64,000 nt of DNA. It comes from Alloascoidea hylecoeti. Taxonomy: Eukaryota. The number at the start of each line of letters is the position of its first letter. The stretch's first letter is position 1. The position numbers and the translations under genes are program-made. Location of the stretch: assembly GCA_001600815.1 (NCBI GenBank), contig BCKZ01000033.1, forward strand, positions 62,001 to 126,000, in the 5' to 3' direction. The notes beneath the pieces are model-generated. The model was not told where the DNA came from and ran no database searches. It saw only the letters and a list, made by a program, of their open reading frames with translations. Positions 11,101 to 21,802 of this stretch are shown piece after piece.

Positions 11101-13159
11101 ATTCTTCTGGATATTGACTTAAACTAAATCTTTTGGTTATTTTATTTGACATTGATTGTGATCTTTTAATATTTACATTGGTATTTTTATGTTGTTGCTG
11201 ATTTTGTTGATATTGTTGTTTATATCCTTGTTTGTTTTCATTGTTATGTTCATGTACATTTCCAAGACCATGCTCTTGCGACTTTTCATGACCTTCATGT
11301 CCCTCCCCATTTTCATTTTCAATTTCATTTTCAATTTCATTTTTAATTTCATTTTTAATTTCATTTAAATGATTCCTAGGTAATGAATCAGAAGATTCAA
11401 ATTCACTTGTTTCATCAACATCATCTAAATTAAAAAAAGAATGGGTTGAATATAATGAAATTCTTTTATTAGAATTTGAAATAAATGAATTTGTTTTAGG
11501 TAATCCATGTTTTTGTATTGGTGTTAGTGTTGGTAAATTTTTTAATGATGATGTTGATTTTTGTTTTGTTGGATCAATTTTAACATCTTGTGAATGAGAT
11601 TGTGGTTGTGGTTGTGGTTGTGGTTGTGGTTGTGGTTGGGAATGAGAATGTTCATTTTCCAAATCTTCTGAAGCTCTTGAAATTTCAAAAGATTCTTTCG
11701 TTATAATAACAGGATGTTGATGATGATTTTGTTTTGTTAATTCTTTTATACTTTTTGAAGAAATTTTCCTTTTTATAGATTTTGTCAAATTTAAAAATTT
11801 TGAACTTGAATTACCATTACTTTTAGTAGGAGAATTAGTATTTGTACTTGTGCTTGTGTTTGTATTTGAAGAATTAATTGATTTATGTAAATTTCTAGTA
11901 CTATTATTGGTACTTGTTCTAAAAGAATGATTTGAATTTAATTTTAAATTTAAATCAGGAGTTGAAGTAGAAGATTTTAAAAGATTTTTTGTTTTTGTTG
12001 TTTTTGTTTTTGTTTTTGTTGTTGTTGTTGTTGTTGTTGTTGTTGATTTATTTAGATCATTTGTAATATCATTCAAATGTTCTTCTTTTGTTGGAGTTGA
12101 AGAAAGTTTTAAATATGAAGAATGTCGTCTATTTGGTATATTTGAATCATTTATATTAAAAGAAATTGGAGATATTGGTGGTGGTATATCAAGATTTAAA
12201 TTTAAATTGAATGGACTTGAATTTGAATTTCTTATAGAATTTGAAGAATCATTTAAGCTGAAGATATTTGAAGTTGGAGTTGGAGTATATTGATAATCAT
12301 CATTTTTTAAATTTGTATTTAAATTTGTATTTAAATTTGTTGAATTTAAATGAGAATTTGAATTTCTTGAACTTCTTGAAAGTCTTGAAATTATAGAATT
12401 TTTTCTTAACAAATTTGGTTGTGATGGGTGTTTATTTTTTGATGGAGATTTAGAATTTAAAACAGGCATATTAATATTCCCCTCGAGTTCGTTTGAATAT
12501 AAATTTGAAGAAGATTCAATAATTTCAGTTAATTTTTCAAAATCTTCGGTGTTTCTATTTGAATTTCTGTTATTAATGGTAGAGTTTTGATAATTATTGT
12601 TTGAATCAATAGAAATAAAAGAAATTTGGGAATTTGAAATTACTGAATTTCTTTTATTTGAAGGGTCATTTAAATTTTGACTGGCATCGTGCCTCAACCT
12701 TAAGCTTATGTCGGGAGTAGACATTGATCTTTTTCTAGTATGTATGTTGGTTGTAGTGGCAGAGTGATGGGAATTTCTCGAAAACCTCGGGAATGTTGAC
12801 GTGTGACTGTGACGTGAGCTTGAGCTTGAGCGTCTTTCGTCGTGTTTCCTCTTCATGGATTTTAGACGGTTTAGGAGGCCCGTGTGAGTTGTCGCGATGG
12901 GCTCGTCATTTTCTGGAGACATTTCGTTTGCGAATCTGGTCGTGGATGGAGGAGAGGAGTGAAGAGAGATTCTGCTGCGCGGTCTTTCTGGAAGTGTCTC
13001 AGGTTTTGTTCTTCGGGGAGGCAGTTGTTGTGGATGCAGAGGCTGTGAGATTTCGATTACTGGGGTCGAGTTAGAAGCGTTTGAGGCCCTTTTTCTGTCT
13101 GCATGTTTCCTGGCGAGGCTTTTGAACAACTTTGAGTTTTTCAGCTTTGAGTTTTTCAT
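8147..13159 (-). CDS. ~1670-aa low-complexity protein containing a Spo73/Mug65-like dysferlin domain
   Basis: EILVETQRGFFFVGKPHF...LPLPDPSWELEYNKWYVNMTLDVDEKGWIYS...SFIRRRVWLR, later LKNCRIDMDRV. First ATG at 13159 (MKNSKLK). Confidence 0.75.
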   Translation of the reverse strand: MKNSKLKNSKLFKSLARKHADRKRASNASNSTPVIEISQPLHPQQLPPRRTKPETLPERPRSRISLHSSPPSTTRFANEMSPENDEPIATTHTGLLNRLKSMKRKHDERRSSSSSRHSHTSTFPRFSRNSHHSATTTNIHTRKRSMSTPDISLRLRHDASQNLNDPSNKRNSVISNSQISFISIDSNNNYQNSTINNRNSNRNTEDFEKLTEIIESSSNLYSNELEGNINMPVLNSKSPSKNKHPSQPNLLRKNSIISRLSRSSRNSNSHLNSTNLNTNLNTNLKNDDYQYTPTPTSNIFSLNDSSNSIRNSNSSPFNLNLNLDIPPPISPISFNINDSNIPNRRHSSYLKLSSTPTKEEHLNDITNDLNKSTTTTTTTTTKTKTKTTKTKNLLKSSTSTPDLNLKLNSNHSFRTSTNNSTRNLHKSINSSNTNTSTSTNTNSPTKSNGNSSSKFLNLTKSIKRKISSKSIKELTKQNHHQHPVIITKESFEISRASEDLENEHSHSQPQPQPQPQPQPQSHSQDVKIDPTKQKSTSSLKNLPTLTPIQKHGLPKTNSFISNSNKRISLYSTHSFFNLDDVDETSEFESSDSLPRNHLNEIKNEIKNEIENEIENENGEGHEGHEKSQEHGLGNVHEHNNENKQGYKQQYQQNQQQHKNTNVNIKRSQSMSNKITKRFSLSQYPEESDWDKPIDTTEMSQKEQFLLRCKSLKNSKSRESLRGLDIFNTEKRLRDVTKRLSTQTQDSNLNLNLNIIANSIDKSNISNRESLFNDNEIDELTTESLKNIETPILNSNISELVDLTIDKEHPTNIKDKRKGFIRRYKSLSFKNKKSSTESSPSQSQSQASPTPTTIKNSNSSSHLSSFFNFDIKSRKSLLDLSPLNNKSSQLNIQEITKNLQLESSDLNSSKNLVTSRSHFSFLNSNKNNKKPKNLKFNHEKQLISYDSLDSIDSSFDKILEKNTDDFDDENENENENENYYQFDNDELNSSKSIIIIKSNDDDDDILNFDDLNIPERESFTNESFSSGDSMDFSVYCDAVSHLSPTESNSIENVLDEDVIENSLANSNPNSTENLETIPSQKTNEEESLPFHVSNNGIQHPQEISIPDDTTINDLTFEILVETQRGFFFVGKPHFGSSSYFELDKALSDINLLPLPDPSWELEYNKWYVNMTLDVDEKGWIYSTLSTPRSNDTQDDHLIFHSFIRRRVWLRLKNKSRNDNNDNNDNNEKRNSIDISIELEESICSESLSSDDYVMNPKNRKRFSLLISKPFSNLPSLITNPNDPKRPVSLPTPLRNETIDETLNETRSESKIERKHVTKIDTIRNSTNNQYNITTSEEQSPVVEATSTRDSLQNSSYSSIESSIITCIDNSSNKSNKIDENEDQIKKPESNLNQQQQNSNSKSNLDDLDKDKIIKKLILNLKNCRIDMDRVDTIVYFIDSTIDFEKIQNSNEHKNSLNLLVYFVSSLDDILLPLELVVTKKLLLKQLSFIFNKLLRLYDNLNGITTTTTTTTNNNNNQRSRSQSYNYNYRNSLKDSRISNGSDLIKDYEKRQSTLIRGSITERTNQSRISDTSSFRNSTNRSRISDTSSFRNSFDLRVKELKNGNELEQMIADYTTLKSHETLKQEILSHRESVKSNGDEGNLIPDYRNYIDNVISIMTTAIDWIMADICRP

Positions 13160-13360
13160 GTCTCGGGCACGTCGCGGGCACTTCGCTGGCACTTCGCGGG
13201 CAGGGTACGAGGCACGGTGGAGATGGAGAGGGAGGTGGAGAGGGAGCACGGAGGACTGGATGGCTTTATCTACACCAGGCACGCCTTTAACCCTGCAGCG
13301 TCCTGATACCGACACATACCGATATTAATTGCATACCCAACTCTTTATATTTATATGTAG

Positions 13361-14396
13361 CTATCTAACGGGGTCGAAATACGGTTCTGCCATCGCTTCC
13401 CTGGCCGTCAGCCGCTGCTGGTGGTCGTAGCGCAGCAGGCTGTCCACCAGGCGGATGGCCTCGGCCGAGCAGAAGGCCGCGTTCTTGTCGCTGACGAACT
13501 TGGACCAGCTCCGTCGGGGGTAGTCCTCCAGCTCGTTGTACTCGGGCCCCAGCGTCAGCCCGTACTTGTCCAGGTACTCGATCAGCCCCGACGTCCCCAG
13601 CACTCGTGCGATCTTGACGAGCTGGTCCGTGTTCGAATTGCCCCGGAAAAAGGGCTCCTTCTTGAAGATCATGGACGCAAACATCGCTCCGTACGACCAC
13701 ATGTCCAGAGAGTAGTCGTAGTACCGGAAGTCAACCAGCAGCTCTGGCCCCTTGAAGTACCGCGAGGCCACCCGCACGTTATAGTCCGTGCCCGCAACGT
13801 AGAAGTCGGCCAGCCCCCAATCAATCAATCGTAACTACTGCCGTTAGTACCGGTCACCGCCGTAATATTAGATATGATATGCCTGAAATACTCACCACTC
13901 TCCTCTCGTGGTCAATCATCACATTGTGGGGCTTGACATCCCTATGCATGATCCCTCGGGAATGACAGAAATCCAACGCTTTCAACAGTTGAAACATATA
14001 AAACCTAACATCATAATCTGTGAATCTTGGATACAGAGTCCTGAAATCAATGTTGTTAACACTTTCAAATATTAATGCCGGTGTTTTACTTTCGGAATCT
14101 CGAACAACATTCAGCAACGATATAATATTTGGGCCACCATTCAGGTTCTGCAAGATCTTGATTTCTCTTTTGATTTTTTTCCTTTTAACGGGTTTTAAGA
14201 TTTTGATAATTAATAATGATGATAGTTCAATGTCAATACCTTGGAAGACTTCCGAGTATTTCCCACGTCCAACTTTTTTTATAATTTCATATTTATCTTG
14301 CTTGCCCCATCTTATGGTTACATTTTCATAATCGGAATATTTCTTTGGCATTTTTTCATTAACATCGGAATACACTCTTGATATTGAGACTGACAT
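13361..14396 (-). CDS. CKA2: Casein kinase 2 catalytic alpha subunit, 2 exons (14396-13896, 13834-13361), 324 aa
   Basis: [56 protein letters not shown]. 61-nt intron GTGAGT...TACTAAC-GGCAG-TAG. CKA1 versus CKA2 is tentative (no Cka1-type insert). Confidence 0.93.
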
Positions 14397-14684
14397 TTTA
14401 TCGTTATCGTCTCATATCATAACTGGTAGCGGTAGGTGGAGGTGAGGTGTGAAGCGGTGCTGATATCTACGCCGCGCGTTCTCAGATGTACCGCTGCTGC
14501 TATCACCACCCCACGTATATCTGGGTCTGTGCTGCAGATTACCCGCAAGATTACAGTTTTGTAGTTCTCGGATGCGGATCCAATCTGATCTTTGTCACGT
14601 CTTCTTCTTCTTCCAAAGAGCCATAGGCGGATGTTGCGTTGGTTGGGAATCGAAGTAAAGACGAACGGATGGGATTCTGTCCGT

Positions 14685-14930
14685 GTGTATACCAGATGAT
14701 GGTCGCGTTTGATCAATAAGATATCCAATTATACTAATTATACTACATCACCATTTTGACTGGTTGAGCTTTGTGTTTTTTTCACTCCATAAACGTTGCG
14801 AATAACGTGATGGAGAAAGATCTACGCCTCTTAAATCATCTGAATATGAATATAGACCTGAATGTCTGAATGTCTGAATTTCCGATGGCTTCTCTCCAAT
14901 TTGTTCTGCGTTCGCAACCATCTACGATGT
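14685..14930 (+). repeat. ~240-bp diverged direct repeat, second copy at about 18685-18910
   Basis: atggagaaagatctacgcctcttaaatcat...tttccgatggcttctctccaatttg versus atggagaaagatatacgcttcttaaatcat...tttctgatggtttctattcaatttg. Confidence 0.8.
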
Positions 14931-15120
14931 TTGGTACCACTCTGCTTATATATTTATAGAGAATCACAAACAATACTCCAATATACGGAAGTTCAAATCC
15001 AGGCTAAACCAAAGAGAATATAAACTAGTAGAATTGAAGCAAATATGGCGGTTTAATGGAGTTAGAGAAATGGTTACATCCTTTCATCTCTTCCAAACTC
15101 TATTCTCCCTACATCTAGAT

Positions 15121-15921
15121 ATGAACAGTATGACAAAACAAGGAAGACGGAGGTACAAAAGAGACAACCCTTCGTGGATCTGGCAATATTTCATTCTCGT
15201 GGATGCCAACTCCTTGGACCAAGTGGAACAGAACTACAACGGCCCTACCAAAATTCAATGTATGGCCTCCACCAAAAATGGCACTCCTTGTGGCCGGTTG
15301 TACACGTGGGATAAAACTGGGAAATCTTCAACCTCAACTGCTGCAAAACATTTAATAAGAAAACACTCTTTATTCGATCCTAAAAAGCCTTCTATTCAAA
15401 ATCATTCTCATCATGATAACAACTCACTTTTAACCTTCAATCAAAACTCTGTGGGTCCTTCAAAATCTGAAATTACTTCTTATGCTATTCAAGATTGGTT
15501 ATTAAATGGTTCAACTGATTTTTCAATATCTGAACTTCCTTCTTTTCAAAGAGTTATATCTCAATCTGGTCTTAAATCGAATATAAATCCTTCAATTTTA
15601 AAAAATTCTCTACTTTTATATGCTGAAAATTCAATAACAAATTTACAACAACAACTTGAATTAAATTGTAAAACATGTTCAATTTCTGCAACTGTTTATC
15701 ATACAAAATCTTTATGTTTTGATACGTTTTTAATTATAATGATTACTTATGTTGATGAACAAAATAAATTATGTCAATATTTATTAAGATTTATAAATTT
15801 AACTGAATGGTATATTGAAGATAATTTATCTCATCCTTTAGATGATTTAAATAATCAATTTAATATTTTTGCTCCAACTTCAATATCATCTGAAGATATA
15901 CAATCACAAATAAATGATGAA

Positions 15922-15961
<40 letters not shown>

Positions 15962-18234
15962 TAGATGATAATGAAAATGTTAATATTAATGAAAATATTA
16001 TGATTAATGATTTAACGAATAAACAATGTGAAATTATTTCAATTTTAATTTATACAACATTAGAAAAATTTAAATTATTTAAAAAATGTAAATTTTATAC
16101 ATTTTCAAAAAATTTAAAGAAATCATTTTTTTTTATAAACCATTTTAATAATTTATTAAATTCTTATAATAGTCATCAAAACCAACAACAACAACAACAA
16201 CAACAACAACATCATCTTCATCATCATCGTATTGAAAATTTTAATAACGAATTTGAAAATAATAATACAAATAATTTATCAAATACTCAATGTTTAGTTA
16301 CATTAATAGATGATTTAGCATATTCAATTTATACAAATCTTGGTTTAATATCAACAACAACAACAATAACAATAAATGAAAATGAAAATAATAAATATAT
16401 TTTATCAGAACCATTTAAAATTAAAAATAAATCAGATTTTTTTAAAAGAGAATTATTTGAAACAAATTTTTATGAAAATTCATTTCAAATTCAAATATCA
16501 AAATTAATTAATTTACCATTATATAGAGATTATGATAAACATATTATTCAATTAATTCAATTTGAACAAAAAATTGGTTTAAATTCATTACCATATTCAC
16601 AAGATTTATTATTACAAGAAATTTCAATAATAAATGAAGATAATAAAATTGGATTTTTTGAAAAAATTGGTAGAAGTATTCGATTATTATCAAGATTTAT
16701 AAATTCAAATACAAATTTAAAAAATGAATGGTTAAATTTAATAGTTGAAACTGATTTACCTTTATATTCTTTAGTTCCAATTGATTTAGATTCAAAATGG
16801 GATTCAACGATATATTTAATTGAACAATTTTTAATTTTATATCCAACAATTACAAAATTTTTATCAATTGGTTTACAATTAGATTCAAATAATATAATAA
16901 ATTTAAATTCAAATACAAATTTAGATTTAATTTATGATAATGATGGAGATATTAAAAAATTATATTGGTTTTTTTATAAAAATTTATGTACTTTAACAAA
17001 TGAACAATTTTTTTCATTAAGAAGATTAATTGAATTATTAAAAAATATTAGAAAACAATATGATTTTTTAATATCAAATTATGATAATGATAATGATAAT
17101 GATAAAGGTTCAAATTTATCAGAATCAATATTCATTTATTTTAAAATTAATAAATTATTTATAAATTTAAAAAAAAATTTAAATGATGATGAACATAATG
17201 GAATTGGTGATTTAGAATTAAAAAAATGTTTTAATGATAAAAATGAAGATGTCAATGGAAATGAATGTCTTGATGAATTTAATAAAAATTATAATGAAAT
17301 GATTAATGAAAATTTAGTATTATTAAATATTTTTTTGGATTTAAGATTTGGAAATAAATTTATTTATAAATGGTTAGGTTATGAATCACAAAATGAAAAT
17401 GATTCAAAAATTGAAAATGATAATGAGAATGAAGAAAATGAAGAAAATAATAATGATGATGATGATAATACAAAAAATGATGATTATGATAATGATATTG
17501 ATAAATTTGAACCTTCTGAATCAATTAAAAATGAAGTTCGTCAAAAATTAGAAAAAGTTGTTTATTCAACATGGCTCAGTTTACAAAATAATCAAAATTC
17601 AACAAATGAATCAATTAAATTAGAATTTAATTCATTTTATAATACATTTTATGAATCCTCTTCATCATTATCTTCTCAAGAAAACATTCAAATAAATTTC
17701 CCAATTGATGCATCAATTTTTAGATCATCAACAATTTTAAATTATTGGTTAATTAAAAAATTTAATTTATTTTATCCAAATTTATTTAAATTAATTAAAA
17801 TTGTTACAACAATAACAATTACACAAATTCATTTAAAATTATTATTTAATAATATGAAAGATATTTTAAAAAATTTTAAAAATGGTTATAAAAATTTAGA
17901 AAATAAATTAAATAATGAACAAATTGAAAATTTAATGATTTATAAATATTTAATTAAAGAAAAAGATGATGAAAATAATAAATTTTCAAATTCAGCAGGT
18001 TTAAGTGAGAATGGAAATGGAAATTATAATGATAATTTGGATGGTAATGATAATGGTAATGGTAATGCGATTGATAATGGAAATATGGATGGAATTGGAA
18101 ATGGTAATGAAATTGAAAGTGGGAATGATAATAATGATTTTATTGAAACAAATTTAAATTTAAATTTAAATTTAAATTCAAATTCAAATTCAAATTCAAT
18201 ATCACGGAAAAGGAAAAAATTATTTTATGATTAA
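15121..18234 (+). CDS. BED zinc finger plus degenerate hAT transposase fold (domesticated, Vid22/Env11-like architecture)
   Basis: SWIWQYF...C..C...STSTAAKHLIRKH BED finger; DLDSKWDSTIYLIEQFL (TRWNST-like); ILNYW...YPNLFKL...IENLM hAT dimerisation-like C-terminus; long Asn/Gln inserts. Confidence 0.75.
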
Positions 18235-19602
18235 TATTAAAAAAAAAAAATAACTTAAATTTTGTTTGTTTTTCACTTTTCTTTCACTCTTCACTTTTAA
18301 TTTGCAAACTATCATTATACAAAGTTATAGATCTCTTTAATACATACTTGACTACAATATTATATTACAATTTAATTTCAAAAGAGATAATTATTATGAA
18401 TATTAAACTTGTTTTTTTATTTTAAATGGATATTTTCTCAGGACAATGCATGATATTTTACGTTATAATTCTCTAATCTCAATATTGCCTATAACCCCAA
18501 TTGTGACAATATTTTTTCTTTAAAGAATAACTTCGATTCATTCCAAAACCACGTTTATATAACGAATTATAAATAGATTTGTGTATTCCCTACTTAACAT
18601 AAACTATGTATACCTGAGAACAGGAGTATATTATATCACACTCTAGTGATTCATCTGAGGGTTGACATCCCAGCTAGAGCTTCCTTTATATACCTAATGT
18701 TGATCACGTTTAATCATTAATATATTCAATTATCTCATTATTTTGAGTGAGCTTTGTATACCAATAAGGTTGCAAATAATAATTGCAATGATAATGGAGA
18801 AAGATATACGCTTCTTAAATCATTGATATAATCACTTATGAATTATAAATCTTAATGTTTAAATTTCTGATGGTTTCTATTCAATTTGCTCTACATTTGT
18901 AACCATTTACTTCGCTACTGAGATGACTATTTTTAACTGATGGATAATCTTTACGTTAAGAGAAAAGAGTTAAGCTACAATATTAATGAGTGTGATATAG
19001 CTCTCAAATTTATCCCCCAGCTATAAATAAAAATTACAGCACAATTTCGCAAAAGTGTTCTATAAAAAAGGATTGTGGGGTCCTATTTTGATATTATATA
19101 AAATTACTCTAGTATGCAGGACAAATTCAAACAAAAGCAAAATAAATATAAAAATTTAGGCAGGGTAGCTGACAACTCGGTTACCCATATTTTTGGCCTA
19201 TGGTACTTTTAGTTATAGGCATAATTGTAGTTAGTCCAAATGAACTTAGTTTGTCAATCACCTGGACCCTTTTTCGGATTGTTCATAGTAAAAAATAATT
19301 ATAATTTAGGGAAACAGAAATGTTCAAAATATGGTTTTGTGATATATGGCATATGCATATACACTTACGTACATACCACTCAAAATTAGTGCATTTCAAA
19401 CACAACTTTCAAAACCAACAACAAATAAATTAATCTGCATAGTATCACTAAAATAGAATTAATCATATAATTCCAATAAGATTTCTTTAATATGAAATTT
19501 TTATTTTTTTGTTGTGGTGTGTGTATTTTTCTATTAATTAGAGTATTTAGCTCAGCATAACTAATACTTCAAGACTTAACTGTTTTTTATTGCATATTAA
19601 CT

Positions 19603-20058
19603 ATGATACATTGGATCAGAGCACTATTCACAAATGCAGCGACTGCAAAACTCCCAGATGCTCCAGACGGAAATCCGATATTAAGTTTTGTGATGGATAG
19701 AACATCCTTCGTCGGAGCTAGTGTTCCTATGGGACTCATGCAATTAGAATCTTCTATAGCTAGGCTTAAATTAGGTGATTTCCCATATAAGTTTTAAGGA
19801 ACAATTATCCTTTTAAGTATGATGCGCTTAGATAGGAAGTTAATGGATATAGGTTGGATTCCGGATACAAATAGATTGGCACCATTCTTACGTGTTTTAA
19901 CAGCTGCTGTTCCTACACAGAATACAAATATGTTTCTCACTGTTTTCTATTCACCTCCAAGTTCACGTGTAGAGTTGGATTGTGTTGCAATCACACTCCT
20001 AATAGAATACGGCATATTAAACATCTCGCTTCCTACTAACATGACACTCACAAAATAA
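19603..20058 (+). pseudogene. C-terminal fragment of an Ecm3/YNL095C-like auxin-efflux-carrier family transporter
   Basis: WIRALF...PDAPDGNPILSFVMDRTSFVGASVPMGL...RLKLG...F* and, in the same frame, VPTQNTNMFLTVFYSPP...LDCVAITLLIEY...SLP. Internal TAA, no N-terminal part. Confidence 0.75.
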
Positions 20059-21802
20059 CAAAACTTTCTCAGGCATTACAAGATTATAAATATTAAGAAG
20101 GATGTATTCGCGAATTTTTAATTAGCGCAATTAATTGATGATCACCAAATATTGAAACTCCTTGTTATACTATCTCGAGATAAGTCAATATTCAGCAATA
20201 CAATTCTTGATAAGATAAAACGCCATGAAGAAGTATATTTTTCTGGGTTGTGTTTAGTTAACCAGGCTTAATACTTATAATTAAATATTTCTATACTATA
20301 AGCTCGAGAAGTAAACACATTATAAGGTTAATGATATTGTAAAGCTATGTCTAATCCCTTATAATACATCTCCTTAACACTTCATTACATGATTGGGCAA
20401 TTACATTACAGTTCGCCCACTCTGAAATCGCCATTTTGTAGAGTGAATTTCGCCGCGAGTACCCGAACCGAGTGGTTGCATGACCTGCTGTAGATAGAGG
20501 ATTATAGGAAATTGAAACAATGTTTTTTCCTCAAAAAAAAAAAAAAAAAATAATTAGATATGATATGATATATTGAGGTGTGAAGATTATGTGTGTAAAG
20601 TTTCATCAAAAAGTTGAGGTTCAATGTTGAAAAAAAAGGATGTTAAGTTTTTGATTCTATTTTCATATTTATCTTCTAACAAGCTCTGCGAGGCTTGCCC
20701 TCCGGGAATCGCATCATTATTATATGGTTGGAAGTAAGGCTTTGGTTGTAAAATATTCACAGTAGGGAGTAGGATTTGGTGGAATACCCTTTTGCATATT
20801 CATACACATTTAAAGAAGGGTAAAGAGAAGATATAAAATGGATTATGTCGTTATATAGTATTATGTAATCGAATTAACTCGAAATATAAAAAAATGAATA
20901 TTTCTACCCGGTGGAAAAAGTGGAACATAAAAAACTTGCGAGCTATTAAAACGCGATTATCTCAAAATTGTACCGTTTTAATTTCATAAAACTTTGACAT
21001 TAGTATTTATTATTTTGATCCTAAAAGGAATAATGGATTTCATGAAAATTTTGTGGAGGCTGAATTTTAGACCGGGCCGTCTAAATCTTCCAATTTATAT
21101 ATTTGGAGTATGCAAAGAACTATAAATAAATAGAAAATTCTTCCTTACATCTGTATACCGATTTCCAGCGATTACTCCAAAACGTATGCGTCGAACATAA
21201 TTTAATCTTCACAGACCTTTTCAAAACTAATACTCCTTAGGTTTATAAACTTGGCCTTCGATTTATCAATTGTGTTGTAATTTGTATTAACCTTTAGATC
21301 TGAATAAATAAGACACATTCACTCTTTAGAATAAATGCATGGGTGTTTACAATATAGGAGTACAAACACTTTACGAGTTACGACCAATTGAAAGGGGTAC
21401 AATGCCAATATTTGTGGATACGTAGTGATATTCTTTAAAAGAATAAGGTGATTCTTAACGATATAATGTTTAAATTAATAATAATTATGGTAAAAGAATG
21501 TACGTAAAATGAGTGAGGAAGTGAAGTTCTTGTTCCTACCGTAATTGAGTTTATTTTACTTGATTGGGTCATGATTGGATCTAGCGAATACAAAGATTCC
21601 CGTGTGTCCTAATCAGCACAATTCGCCTAAAATGACCCTGATGTTATCACTTTTATTTATATACACAATAAATACTATCATGAAGTAATAAAGTAAGTAA
21701 ATAGGTTAGTAGTATCTGTATTATCGGGATGTGCGGGTGTATCCAAATGACTCTTCAGTTACAAACAGCCTCGCTCGACACAAATCTCAAAATAACACCT
21801 CA

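Noticed and set aside
13160..13315. GTG-started N-terminal extension of the 1722-aa ORF
   Set aside because: GC-rich leader with few stops; an ATG is available at 13159.
13365..13834. Overlapping ORFs 13365-13700 and 13421-13834
   Set aside because: By-products of high GC3 in CK2 exon 2.
14417..14728. 103-aa ORF between CK2 and the hAT-derived gene
   Set aside because: No recognisable motif; lies in a divergent promoter containing a TTACCCG site.
15121..18234. Active autonomous hAT transposon
   Set aside because: No TIR/TSD seen, catalytic motifs degenerate, and flanking repeats are direct.
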